Below the pieces are notes generated by a model, which saw only the letters and a program-made list of their open reading frames with translations, did no database searches and was not told where the DNA came from. Below, in pieces: positions 20,447-31,100 of a stretch of 64,000 nucleotides of DNA; the first letter of the stretch is position 1; each line of letters starts with the position of its first letter. Made by a program: the position numbers and the translations under genes. The stretch comes from an uncultured Poribacteria bacterium (GTDB taxonomy: Bacteria; Poribacteria; WGA-4E; WGA-3G): the NCBI GenBank assembly GCA_958296135.2, contig CATQHZ020000001.1, positions 960,001 through 1,024,000 of the forward strand, read 5' to 3'.

Positions 20447-21205
20447 TTACAAAATTCCGTATTTGTCGTACACTTCACGCAGGGTCGCGCCGTTGCGGAG
20501 GGCATCGCGGGTGCGGTTTTCACCGCTGACCTTCTGCAACGCAGCACGAATCACCTCATCCTCAATAGCCTGCGGGATCACAACTACGCCGTCAATATCG
20601 CCGAAGACGATGTCGCCAGGGTTCACCTGAACGCCGCCGCACTCGATCTGTGTGTTATAGGCAATTACCTCGCCGCGCCCGTTAGAATCCGCGGGCGAGA
20701 GCCCCGTCATAAACACCGGAAACTGCATCGCCTGAATTTGCCGCGCGTCTCGGATGAATCCGTCAATGATAGCACCGCGCGCGCCGCGTGCCCGTGCCGC
20801 CGTTGAGAGGAGTTCGCCCCAAATGCTGATGCATCGAGACCGGGAGGTCTCTCCTACCGGGGGAAATCGAGACCGGGAGGTCTCTCCTACCGGGGAGCAT
20901 TGAGACTGGGAGGGCTCTCCTACCGGGGTGGAGCAGATGAATACATCGTTCGGCTTGAGGCTATCCACCGCCGCGATTTCCATCTGGTAGGGTTCGTCTG
21001 GGATTTCATAGATGTCGACGCACTGCACAGTGAGCGCGCGCCCGACGACGATTGCCTCTGGATACAGCGGGCGGAGCGTGTGCCGCAACACCTGCTGACG
21101 ATACCCGGCTGCATCAAGCGCATCGGAAATCACGGCGGTGTGGAGTTGCGTTTCGATGAGGGCGAACAGTTCGGTATCGTTACGGGGTTGTTGGTTGGTT
21201 TTCAT
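20447..21205 (-). CDS. RraA family / HMG-aldolase-like protein with an in-frame REP-derived insertion
   Basis: TAVISDALD, WGELLS, IDGFIRD, VNPGDIVFGDIDGVVVIP. Confidence 0.9.
   Translation of the reverse strand: MKTNQQPRNDTELFALIETQLHTAVISDALDAAGYRQQVLRHTLRPLYPEAIVVGRALTVQCVDIYEIPDEPYQMEIAAVDSLKPNDVFICSTPVGEPSQSQCSPVGETSRSRFPPVGETSRSRCISIWGELLSTAARARGARGAIIDGFIRDARQIQAMQFPVFMTGLSPADSNGRGEVIAYNTQIECGGVQVNPGDIVFGDIDGVVVIPQAIEDEVIRAALQKVSGENRTRDALRNGATLREVYDKYGIL
20831..20929. repeat. Three tandem 33-bp REP units inside the RraA CDS
   Basis: (gc/aa)atcgagaccgggaggtctctcctaccgggg x3; same family occurs intergenically (20400, 34427, 51062, 59637). Confidence 0.9.
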
Positions 21206-21211
21206 GATGCC

Positions 21212-21730
21212 TTAGTAGTTGTGGTATCCCACCTCTTCTAACCGCGCCGCTTTCTCTGCGACACCGTCGCGCAACTTCGCTTTATAGGCGATGAGTTTCT
21301 CTTCGAGTTCGGGGAATTTGCGTGCCAAGATTTGCACTGCGAACAGTCCCGCGTTCCGCGCGCCCCCGGATCCGATTGCCATCGTGCCGACGGGGATGCC
21401 GGGCGGCATTTGCACGGTGGCGTAGAGCGCGTCAATGCCGTTGAGCGGCCCGCCGTCAATCGGCACACCGATGACAGGGAGTGTCGTATGCGCGGCGATG
21501 ACACCGGCGAGATGTGCGGCTCTCCCCGCGCCAGCGATGAGCACCTGTCCGCCGTTTGCTTTAATCTTTTCTGTCCATGCGAGCGTTCGTTCCGGCGACC
21601 GGTGCGCCGAGGAGATGGTTATCTCGAACGGGATCTCGAATTCTTCTAAGACCTTTGCGGCTTCTGCCATTCTGTCCAGGTCGGAATCGCTTCCCATGAC
21701 GATGCCGACGAGAGGGGTTTGCGTTTTCAT
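21212..21730 (-). CDS. purE: N5-carboxyaminoimidazole ribonucleotide mutase
   Basis: VGIVMGSDSD, SAHRSPE, IAGAG.AAHLAG, VQMPPGIPV. Confidence 0.97.
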   Translation of the reverse strand: MKTQTPLVGIVMGSDSDLDRMAEAAKVLEEFEIPFEITISSAHRSPERTLAWTEKIKANGGQVLIAGAGRAAHLAGVIAAHTTLPVIGVPIDGGPLNGIDALYATVQMPPGIPVGTMAIGSGGARNAGLFAVQILARKFPELEEKLIAYKAKLRDGVAEKAARLEEVGYHNY

Positions 21731-21889
21731 GTTTGTTGGTCCTCAAATTAATTAAGCGAAAATTCTTGATCCGTAGTTTGAGTTCGCCCGCGCTCAAACT
21801 ACGGGGTTATTGTATCCTTCGATAGGCGTGTTTGTCGCAGCGCATCTGCGCGCGCTATGGGGCGACCGGCGTTTCTTGTCTCTGTCAGT

Positions 21890-22275
21890 GATCGCGAGGG
21901 ACAGTGGACATCTCTGCAGCGAGGCGGCAGAGAGGACAAAGTTTCGGCGTGACGGCCCTCGCGCTACGGTGGAAACGGCGTTTCTTGTCTCGGGCAGCAT
22001 CGCGAGGGGAACCCTCGGCGATTAGCGATCGCCGGGCCCTCGCGCTACGGTGTATGGCCTGTTTCCAGGTTCTCGCGCTACGGTGGAAACGGCGTTTCTT
22101 GTCTCGGGCAGCATCGCGAGGGACAGTGGACATCTCTGCAGCGAGGCGGCAGAGATGACAAAGTTAAAGGTAGTGTGCTTACGCGGGGCGACACACGCAC
22201 ATTTTCTGTAGGCGTGACCGTGACGGCCCTCGCGCTACGGTGTATGGCCGGTTTCCAGGTTCTCGCGCTACGGTA
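21890..22275. repeat. REP array with 50-bp (21904-21953) and 99-bp (22126-22224) inserts
   Basis: Repeated tcgcgaggg...ccctcgcgctacgg units and duplicated spacers. Confidence 0.85.
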
Positions 22276-22287
22276 GAGTGACGGGGT

Positions 22288-23082
22288 TTATGAGTAAAGC
22301 ACGTGTGAATCCCTCGGAATGATCAGCGGTTTCGGACCGGGCGTTGGAAATTGCGATGCCCATTCTTCCGCATCGTAATCGCGGGTGACGAAACAGGCGC
22401 GGTGCGCCGGGACAGCATGCTTCAGCCCGATCCGCGTGGCCATTTTGACGCACCCGTCGTAAAACGGAAATTCACCTTCTGTCGGATGGTTCGTCAGGAA
22501 ACCGATATCGGGTTGATGCGCCGCCACTGCCGCAATCAGTTTGTCGTGCGCCGCGAAGGTGTTAATCGGATCGCCGCTGAAGTAGAGCGTTGGGCCATCG
22601 GTTGCGATGACGTATCCCAGGTGCGTCACATCGGGTGGCGCGATGTCGGCATCGATATCACCTGCGGGCGGCTTCGCGTAAATGGCATGAACCGTGAGGT
22701 TTTCAGTTAACGTCACAGATTGCCCTGCGCGGATTTCGGATACGTTGGCTTTGGCGACATCTGTCTCTGTTAGAATCTGGGCGACACTCTCTTCGGGGCC
22801 AATAAACCGTGTTGCGGAAGAGGTGTCCCAGATGCGTCGAATGGATTCGGGACAGGTGTGGTCTCCGTGCGCGTGCGTCAGCAGCACGAAGTCTGTCGGC
22901 AGTTGCGCTTCATTGAGCGGCGGTGTCGTATAAATAAACCGGTCCGCGGGGCGTTCCCGTGGAAAATAAGGATCGATTTGGATAATCGTGCGATCAGAAT
23001 CTTTCAGCGCGAAGCTGCTCTGTTCAAACCAGTGCACAGCGACAGAGTCCTTTGTCACGTTTAAATCAACGAGTGGATGCAT
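22288..23082 (-). CDS. MBL-fold metallo-hydrolase (UlaG-like)
   Basis: IDPY, THAHGDH, YFSGD, VPAH. Confidence 0.9.
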   Translation of the reverse strand: MHPLVDLNVTKDSVAVHWFEQSSFALKDSDRTIIQIDPYFPRERPADRFIYTTPPLNEAQLPTDFVLLTHAHGDHTCPESIRRIWDTSSATRFIGPEESVAQILTETDVAKANVSEIRAGQSVTLTENLTVHAIYAKPPAGDIDADIAPPDVTHLGYVIATDGPTLYFSGDPINTFAAHDKLIAAVAAHQPDIGFLTNHPTEGEFPFYDGCVKMATRIGLKHAVPAHRACFVTRDYDAEEWASQFPTPGPKPLIIPRDSHVLYS

Positions 23083-23159
23083 ATTTTTCTCTGTTCTCCT
23101 TTTCGGTTTTCGATGTTTCGAGCGTCAGGGCAGATGTCGTTCATATCCGCCCATTCCGA

Positions 23160-23552
23160 TTAATCCTGCTTCAGACGAAGATAGCAATAGACGCTGAGCA
23201 CCCCTGCAATTGAACCCAAGAGATCTGCAACCCAGTCCGCTACGGTGGCGAGTCTGCCGGGGACGAAGGTTTGATGCCATTCGTCACTCACGCCGTAGAG
23301 GATGGCGATGAGTGCTGCTGCGCTCCATCCCCACTTCGCACGAAAGCCTGGCGGCGGTGCCTTTGCGAAGGCGAGTGCCAACAGCGCGCCGAGTCCCGCG
23401 TATTCGACGAAGTGGTAGAGTTTGTCAATCGTCAGCCACTCAAATTCGGGCATCGGGAGCGGCGGCTGCTCCATTGAGGAGATGGCGAAAATCAACCCCA
23501 TGTAGAGGAGCGGCGGTGCCCAGTATTTAAGATAATGCTTTGATGATGGCAT
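23160..23552 (-). CDS. VanZ family membrane protein
   Basis: [32 protein letters not shown]; start uncertain. Confidence 0.88.
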   Translation of the reverse strand: MPSSKHYLKYWAPPLLYMGLIFAISSMEQPPLPMPEFEWLTIDKLYHFVEYAGLGALLALAFAKAPPPGFRAKWGWSAAALIAILYGVSDEWHQTFVPGRLATVADWVADLLGSIAGVLSVYCYLRLKQD

Positions 23553-25491
23553 CGACATCGTAAACGCATCCGCCCCACGTTCCGCCGCCGATGGCTTGCA
23601 ACGCCGCCCAGAGCCGCGTATCATCGGGCAAATCGGCATCTGGCGCGAGATCGAGGCGCAGTTGCCGTTCTGCTAGCACCCGTTCGCCTGCTGCTGCACC
23701 GAAGTGTTCACCGTTATGGCCCACCAGATCGATGCTTCCCTCAAGCCGCTTGGTGTCAATATGAATTTGGACGGTGTCGCCATCGATCACTTTTCCGATG
23801 GGACCGCGGGCGAGTGCCTCCGGTCCGACATGCCCGATACACGCGCCTGTGGACACCCCGGAGAACCGCGCGTCCGTAACCAGCGCGATGTGCTTGCCAA
23901 AAGAGAGGTGTTTGAGCGCGGCGGTGAGCTGATAGACTTCCTCCATCCCTGTTCCAAGCGGTCCGCGGCAACACAGCACGATAACGTCGCCGGGTTGCAT
24001 GCTGTTTTCGTATCGGCTTTTAAGTGCTTGGATAGCGTCCGCTTCGCGCACAAAGACGCGCGCGGGGCCCGTCATCCGATAAACGCCGTCGGCATCGACA
24101 ACACTCGGGTCGATAGCTGTGCTTTTGATGACAGCTCCTTCCGGTGCGAGGTTGCCGCGCGGGAACGTTACGGTGCTAGTCAGCCCTTTCGCGGCTGCGG
24201 TATCGGGGTTCATAATCACGGCATCTGGTTCAACGCTGTCTTGTTCAGTCAGAGTTGCGCGGACGCGAGCGCGGCGTTCGGAGGTTTCCCACCAATCCAG
24301 ATTTTTACCGAGGGGTTCGCCGGTAGCGGTGAGGACATTTTCGTTGAGGCATCCTAGTTCGCGTAGATGGAGCATGACTTCTGGGACACCGCCTGCGAGG
24401 AAGACTCTCACCGTTGGGTGCCCTACCGGTCCGTTCGGTAGCACATCGACGAGGCGCGGCACGTTGCGGTTGACAGTGCTCCAGTCTTCAACGGTGGGCC
24501 GCTTAAGCCCGGCGGCGTGCGCGATGGCAGGGATATGCAGCAACAGGTTCGTGGAGCCGCCGAATGCGGCGTGTACTACCATGGCGTTCCGAATTGCTTC
24601 GGGTGTGACGATATCTTTCATCGTGATGCCTTTCGCTGCGAGATTGACGACAGCGCGCGCCGAGCGGAGTCCCATGTCTGTCCAGATGTTCTGTCCAGAG
24701 GGTGCTAAGGCGGTGTGCGGCAGGCTCATTCCCAGTGCTTCGCCGACGACTTGTGATGTTGCGGCGGTGCCGAGGAATTGACAGCCGCCGCCGGGTGTTG
24801 CGCAAGCGCGGCAGCCCATGTCCGCTGCGTCTTGCAAGCTAATTTCTCCGTGTGCAAAGCGTGCGCCGATAGTCTGGATTTTTCCTGCATCCTCGCCTGT
24901 GGTAGGCGGCAACGTTACGCCGCCAGGGACGAGGACGCACGGCAATTCTCGCATGGAGGCTAACGCCATCATCATCGCGGGTAACCCTTTATCACAGGTG
25001 GCGACACCGACGACACCTTGTCGAGTCGGTAGGGAGCGGATGAGCCTGCGGAAGATTTGCGCTGCATCGTTGCGGTAGGCGAGGCTGTCCATCATTCCGA
25101 CGGTGCCTTGTGTTCTTCCGTCACAAGGATCGGAGCAGTAGCCGGCGAACGGAATGGCGCGAAGTTTCTTGAGTTCGTGTGCCACCGCCTGCATGAGGAG
25201 TCCGACTTCCCAGTGCCCGGTGTGGTATCCCAGCGCGATGGGAGTGCCATCGGGTGCGCGGATGCCGCCCTGCGTGCTGAGGATGAGGAACTCCTCTCGG
25301 CGGAGTTCAGTCGGTGCCCATCCCATGGCGGTGTTGTGGCTCAGGCCAAAGATGTCGCCACTCGGCCGAGTGAGGAGCATCTCTTCGGTGAGCGGGAGGC
25401 TTCCTACGGGTCCGGCCGCGTGGGTTTCAATAGCATAGATGTCAGCGGAGCCGGTATCGAGGATGTCGGTGTAGTGAATCGGTTTTGCCAT
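23527..25491 (-). CDS. YjhG/YagF family D-xylonate dehydratase (IlvD/Edd family)
   Basis: [50 protein letters not shown]. Confidence 0.93.
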   Translation of the reverse strand: MAKPIHYTDILDTGSADIYAIETHAAGPVGSLPLTEEMLLTRPSGDIFGLSHNTAMGWAPTELRREEFLILSTQGGIRAPDGTPIALGYHTGHWEVGLLMQAVAHELKKLRAIPFAGYCSDPCDGRTQGTVGMMDSLAYRNDAAQIFRRLIRSLPTRQGVVGVATCDKGLPAMMMALASMRELPCVLVPGGVTLPPTTGEDAGKIQTIGARFAHGEISLQDAADMGCRACATPGGGCQFLGTAATSQVVGEALGMSLPHTALAPSGQNIWTDMGLRSARAVVNLAAKGITMKDIVTPEAIRNAMVVHAAFGGSTNLLLHIPAIAHAAGLKRPTVEDWSTVNRNVPRLVDVLPNGPVGHPTVRVFLAGGVPEVMLHLRELGCLNENVLTATGEPLGKNLDWWETSERRARVRATLTEQDSVEPDAVIMNPDTAAAKGLTSTVTFPRGNLAPEGAVIKSTAIDPSVVDADGVYRMTGPARVFVREADAIQALKSRYENSMQPGDVIVLCCRGPLGTGMEEVYQLTAALKHLSFGKHIALVTDARFSGVSTGACIGHVGPEALARGPIGKVIDGDTVQIHIDTKRLEGSIDLVGHNGEHFGAAAGERVLAERQLRLDLAPDADLPDDTRLWAALQAIGGGTWGGCVYDVDAIIKALS

Positions 25492-25598
25492 CGGTGTTAT
25501 CCCCAATTAGTTTGATTTGCCGCGCGTCTGTAGGGAGACAGAGCTCCTGAAACGCTGTTAAGGGTTGGCACTCGTGCCAATACGCGTGGCGAGGGACA

Positions 25599-25648
25599 GT
25601 GGACATCTCTGCAGCGAGGCTGCAGAGATGACAACGTTTCGGCGTAAC
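25599..25648 (+). mobile_element. 50-bp REP-inserted miniature element
   Basis: GTGGACATCTCTGCAGCGAGGCTGCAGAGATGACAACGTTTCGGCGTAAC between GGGACA and GGCCC. Confidence 0.75.
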
Positions 25649-25676
25649 GGCCCTCGCCCTACGGGCCGCGGGCTGT

Positions 25677-27893
25677 TTATTGAAGCAGCTGCGCGATTTT
25701 CTTTCGGCCTGCTTCGACTTCGCCTTTATCGGCCTTGATTTGCAACAAGTTTGCGATGAACAGCGTCGTGTTCCAGTCAAGCAGCAAGATGTCGTTCGGT
25801 GTTGCGCCTTCGTTATTTCTAATAGTGGCATCTGCGCCGTTGTTAATCAAGACTTTCGCTGCCTCGGCGTGTCCGAGGAAGGCTGCTGCATGCAATGCAG
25901 TGCCGCCATCTCCGCCGCGCGCGTTGACATCTGCGCCGTTCTGGATGAGCAAATCGGCGATGTCGGCGTGCCCCATGAGTGCGGCCAAGGTGAGCAGGGG
26001 TGTGTCGCTTTGGGGTTCCTTTGCATTGGCATCGGCCCCGTTAGCTAGCGCGTGTGTGATGGCACCCAGGTCGCCGGTAGAGGCGGCTTCCCACAGAGTG
26101 TTTGCGTTAAAGGTATCGTCAACGCCGAGCAGTTTCGCAATTTCTTGTCTGCCGGTTCTCAGGGCGGCGAATTTTCCTTCTTGCTTGAGATTGATGCCTA
26201 GCATGCCTGCGATAAACATCGTGGTTCCCAGGTCAGTCGTTAAGACATCCGCGGGTGTTTCGCCATCTTCGTTGCGTCCGGTGATGTCTGCGCCGTTGTC
26301 AATGAGCAGTTTGGCGGCTTGGGCTTGGCCCAGGAACGCTGCTCCGTGCATCGGGGTGTCGCCATCTTCACTTCTGGCATTGACGTTGGCCCCTTTTTCA
26401 ATCAGCAGTTGCATCGCTGCGGTTTGTCCATACAAGGTTGCCCATGCCAAAGGCGGTAATCCGACTTCCTCGTCTTGCGCGTTTACATCGATGCCCTCAG
26501 CGAGCGCGGCTTCAATGGCGGCGAGTTTGCCTACCACGGCTGCGCCCCACAGCGTATCTTCAGGCAGTTGTGCCTTGACATCGAATTTGAATTCGCCTTC
26601 GTCGCTTAGGGAAAAAGGCGGTTCTGGACGTTTCCGCCAGACCGGCATTCCGTTACTGATTTCGTTCACGATATCGGCGCGGCGTTGCTGGACGAATTGC
26701 CGTGTCTCTTCTAGCGCGTCCTTGTAGGAGAAACTTTTGGGTTTTCGCCGTCGTTGCGCCTTTTCGTTTTCCCACTCTGGGTATTGCTGCGCAAGAATCA
26801 GATGCGGCGTGACGAGTGCGGCGCTCTTGTCTATTTCTGCTAACAACGCCTCTTCATTCCAGTGGGTGTTGAGCATGTCCATCATCGTCTGGGCGTATCG
26901 TTGGCGGCCGGATTCTAACTGATACAACTTGTGTGCAATGAGCCCTTGCGTTTTGACAGAGATGGGGGCGCGCATGTCGTTCCTGAATTCCAGTTTGCTG
27001 TGCTTCAGAAACAGCGAGTCCGCGCCCCACGGCACGAAGTGAAACTTATCGGTATCCGGGTGCAGATAGACGAAAAAGTTGTTATTGTTGCCGGCGTAAC
27101 CGTCCCAGAAACCGAGCAGACTTTCGATTGTCCAGAACCGATAAAATGCGTCTAAGTCCACCAATGCGCCGATGGCTTCTTCGGTTGTCTCCTTGGCGGC
27201 GAGCACGTCAATCAGTTGCTGAATCTTCGTTCTGCCGTGTTCGTCATCGCCGCGTTTGTGCTCGAAGCTATTTTCCCAGCCTTCGTAAAAATCGACGACG
27301 GTGCCTTCGTATAGAGTGCCGTTGGCATTCCCGAAGGCGCGTTTGAGGAACGGCTTGCGGATGCTTTCCACATGCGAGTAGATGCCGAGGTTCATGCCGT
27401 TGACGGTAACCTTCGCGTAGGCGCACCGCGGTGCGGGTGAACCGATGGCGTTAAACAGCGCGTATCCGATGAATTGGCTGACGAGGGCGGCATCCTGCTG
27501 GTTGTTATTCAGCGTGAGGTGCGTGTGCCCTTCAAGTTTAGCATTTTTGTCGGTATGGTTCAACTTGATTTTGAGGGAGGGGCGTGTCTCGCTGAGTGAG
27601 CCGATGAATCCTTTTTTGCGGATGCCTGCGCGCGGAAATACCACGCCGTCAATCGTGACGCTTGCCTCAACGTAAGTATACGGGCGTTCGGGCGGCTTGA
27701 GGCGGCGGTTCTCGTGCAGTGCCGTGAAAAAATTGCGGGACTGATACCGAATCGTGTCCCAATCTTCCTCCGGGACGGTGATCTGGATATCGACAACCCG
27801 GTCTGTCGGAAAAATATCGGCGGCACTAGCGTTGTAGATGGCACCGCAAAGGCAGAGGATTGCGGCAACCGTGAGAATTGTCCATTTTGTCAT
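25677..27893 (-). CDS. Secreted CotH kinase-family protein fused to ankyrin repeats
   Basis: Signal peptide; CotH motifs GIRKKG, LTLNNNQQD, LGIYSHVE, WDGY..NNNN, FVPWGAD; C-terminal ankyrin repeats (GANVNARSEDGDTPMHGAA) in two blocks. Confidence 0.88.
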   Translation of the reverse strand: MTKWTILTVAAILCLCGAIYNASAADIFPTDRVVDIQITVPEEDWDTIRYQSRNFFTALHENRRLKPPERPYTYVEASVTIDGVVFPRAGIRKKGFIGSLSETRPSLKIKLNHTDKNAKLEGHTHLTLNNNQQDAALVSQFIGYALFNAIGSPAPRCAYAKVTVNGMNLGIYSHVESIRKPFLKRAFGNANGTLYEGTVVDFYEGWENSFEHKRGDDEHGRTKIQQLIDVLAAKETTEEAIGALVDLDAFYRFWTIESLLGFWDGYAGNNNNFFVYLHPDTDKFHFVPWGADSLFLKHSKLEFRNDMRAPISVKTQGLIAHKLYQLESGRQRYAQTMMDMLNTHWNEEALLAEIDKSAALVTPHLILAQQYPEWENEKAQRRRKPKSFSYKDALEETRQFVQQRRADIVNEISNGMPVWRKRPEPPFSLSDEGEFKFDVKAQLPEDTLWGAAVVGKLAAIEAALAEGIDVNAQDEEVGLPPLAWATLYGQTAAMQLLIEKGANVNARSEDGDTPMHGAAFLGQAQAAKLLIDNGADITGRNEDGETPADVLTTDLGTTMFIAGMLGINLKQEGKFAALRTGRQEIAKLLGVDDTFNANTLWEAASTGDLGAITHALANGADANAKEPQSDTPLLTLAALMGHADIADLLIQNGADVNARGGDGGTALHAAAFLGHAEAAKVLINNGADATIRNNEGATPNDILLLDWNTTLFIANLLQIKADKGEVEAGRKKIAQLLQ

Positions 27894-28142
27894 TTTTTAC
27901 CTTCTTTTTTTCAAGATATTTTAATCATTTTTGTTCGTCTCTATAATTTACCATATTCGCTGCATATTTTGCAAGTCATTTTCTGGGTTGCTAAATTTTA
28001 TAGGAGATGCTAGACTCATTTTCAAATCATCCGGAGAGGCATTGCAACAGGACGATTCAGTTCTCCACATCTGTAGTTTCGGGCTTAGGCGAGCCCGAAC
28101 GCTATTGATTCATTTGGTGGAAGTCCTAACAAGGTGAAAATC

Positions 28143-31100
28143 ATGTCAGAAGCACTCAAAAAACAGATTGAAGGGACGCTCCTCACCTTCGCGGCATTAC
28201 CGCTTCGCGATGCTGCGACGCGCGTCCTGAATACCCTCGGTTACCACAGCGAGAGAACCGGATATCCAGCCCTTGACACGGAGGTAGCAAACAGCCTCCG
28301 GGCCGCTGCACCTGATACTCTCGGCTGGGATACCTGGGAGGCATTCCATCTGCTCTTCCAAATCACCGATGAGGAAATCAACCGGCAGGAGATGCTGTTT
28401 GAACCGGCACGCCTTGACAACGCCTTGATGCGCTCCTACATCTTCGTTGCCGTGAAACTCGCTGGCGAGAATTGGACGCGGACGGAGCTTGCTAACATCA
28501 CGCGGTTTATCAACACGCGCATCGTGCAGCCCATCATGGTGATGTTTCACTACGGCGATGCGCTGACGCTGGCGATTATCAACCGCCGATGGGATAAACG
28601 AGAGAACCCCGACGGCCGTGGCGCGCACAGCAGGCAAGTTCTGGAGAAGGTGACGTTAATCAAGGACATTAACCTGTCTGCACCGCATCGCGCGCATCTT
28701 GACATCCTCGCCGAGCTCTCGCTGGATAGCCTCGTCCAAACTGAAAGCGTTCACAATTTCGATACGCTACACAAAGCGTGGGAAGGCATTCTGAATACCG
28801 AGGCACTCAATCGGCAATTCTACGGACAGTTGTATGCGTGGTATCAGTGGGCGGTTGACGAGTGCCGCTTTCCGGACAATGCGCCGCAGTTGCAGGTTAT
28901 CCGTCTCATCACGCGCCTGCTCTTTATATGGTTCCTGAAAGAGAAGAAGTTGGTGCCTGAGACACTTTTTGAGGCAGCACCCGCGGCGGCGCATCTCACT
29001 CAGTTTTCGCTGGAGACATCGGACTATTATCAAGCGATGCTGCAGAATCTCTTCTTCGCGACGCTTAATACGCCGATAAGTGAGCGCGCGTTTAGCCCGC
29101 GCAATTACCAAGGGCATCGCGATGCCAGCAAGTATCGCTACGCCGATTTGCTCAGCAATCCGGCGGCGTTTCTAGCATACCTCAAGCAGGTGCCGTTCGT
29201 CAACGGTGGGCTGTTTGACTGCTTGGATACGTTTGAGGCGACGCGCGCTGGCGGTGCTCGCATCGACTGTTTTACCGATGACGCAAATGCGCGGCGGAAA
29301 CTGCACGTTCCTGCGAAATTGTTCTTTGACGAAAATAGCGGCCTCTTCCCGCTCTTCTCGCACTATAAGTTCACCGTGGAGGAGAACACGCCGATAGAGC
29401 AGGAGGTTGCACTCGATCCTGAGTTGCTTGGGCAGGTATTCGAGAACTTGCTGGGTGTCTATAACCCGGAAACGCAATCGTCAGCGCGCAAAGCCACCGG
29501 CTCTTACTATACGCCGCGCCAGATTGTAGATTACATGGTAGATGAGGCCCTCATCGCCTATTTTCTGCAGAAAGTGGTGCCTTTTGATGGAGACCGGCAG
29601 TTTTTGGCAGCGCGGCTCCGCGACGATTTGCTGGCTTACGAGGCACAAGGCACCGCCGATGAACCGAACACACATCTCATTCATGCAGATGAGGTTGAAC
29701 CGATGATTGCGGCGATAGATGCGCTTAAAATCATCGATCCGGCCGTTGGTTCCGGTGCGTTTCCGATGGGTATTCTGAATAAATTGGTGCTGATCTTGCA
29801 GAAGTTGGATCCGCAGAATGCGCATTGGAAGGCGCTGCAGTTGCGGCAGGCGGCAACTATCCCGGATCCGCACAGTCGGGAGGCGGCGTTCAAGGGCATC
29901 GAGAACGTCTTCTCCGCGGCGAACCGCTATAACGACTACGGTAGGAAGCTCTACCTGATTCAGAACTGCATTTACGGCGTGGACATCCAACCGGTGGCGT
30001 GCCAGATTGCGAAACTCCGCTTTTTCATCTCGCTTGCCATTGAGCAGGAACCTGATAACGAGGCGGAGAACTTAGGCATCCGTCCTTTGCCGAATTTAGA
30101 GACGCGCTTCCTCGCGGCGAATACGCTGCTCGGCTTGAAAGGCGAAGCGATGCTCACCAGCGCGAGAACCCAAGAACTTGAGCGCGAGCTAGTCCTCAAC
30201 GGTGAACGGCATTTTCATGCCATCACGCGTGAAGAAAAGCGGGCGTGTCAGAAAAAAGACAGAGCGTTGCGCGAGGCATTAGCGGCGGAATTGCGGGAAG
30301 TCGGCATGCCTGCGGAGGATGCGGAGAAAATTGCATCGTGGGACCGCTATGATACGCGCGCTGTTGCTGATTGGTTTGCGCCCGAGCGGATGTTCGGAAT
30401 TCGGGAAGGGTTTGATGTTGTCATTGGTAATCCGCCGTATGTCCGTCACGAGAAGATTCGCGCGCTCAAGCCGGCGTTAAAAACGCAGTTTGACAGTTTC
30501 TTCGCCAGCACGGCGGACATCAGCGTCTATTTCTACAAGCGCGGTGCGGAACTGCTGCGGGATGGCGGTATTTTAACCTATATCTGCACGAACAAGTTTA
30601 TGCGGAGCGGGTATGGGAAAAACCTCCGGCAGTTCCTCACGTCTGAGATGTCGCTCCGGATGCTGTTAGATTTCGGGGGTGTCGCTGTTTTTGAGGCGGC
30701 AGTGGATACGTGTATTGCCCTTGCTGAAAAAGGTGCGCCCGCTTCCGAGCACTCTTTTCGCGCTGCATCGCTCAGACAAAGTTCTGAGGATTTCGATGTC
30801 CGGGAAGCGTTTGAAACGCAGTCGTTCCTGATGCAAGCATCCCAATTAACCGAGGAGGGATGGGCATTGACATCACCAGAAACCTTTGCCCTCATTGGGA
30901 AACTCCAAAGTGCTGGTACGCCGTTAGGGGAATATACCGATAACGGTCTATATCGCGGATTGATAACTGGATGCAACAATGCTTTCATTATAGATGAGTC
31001 TGCACGTGCTGCGTTGGTTGCTGAGGATGTCAAAAACACGGAGCTCATAAAACCGTTGCTTCGCGGACGTGATCTCCGTAGATGGAAATCAACGGAGACA

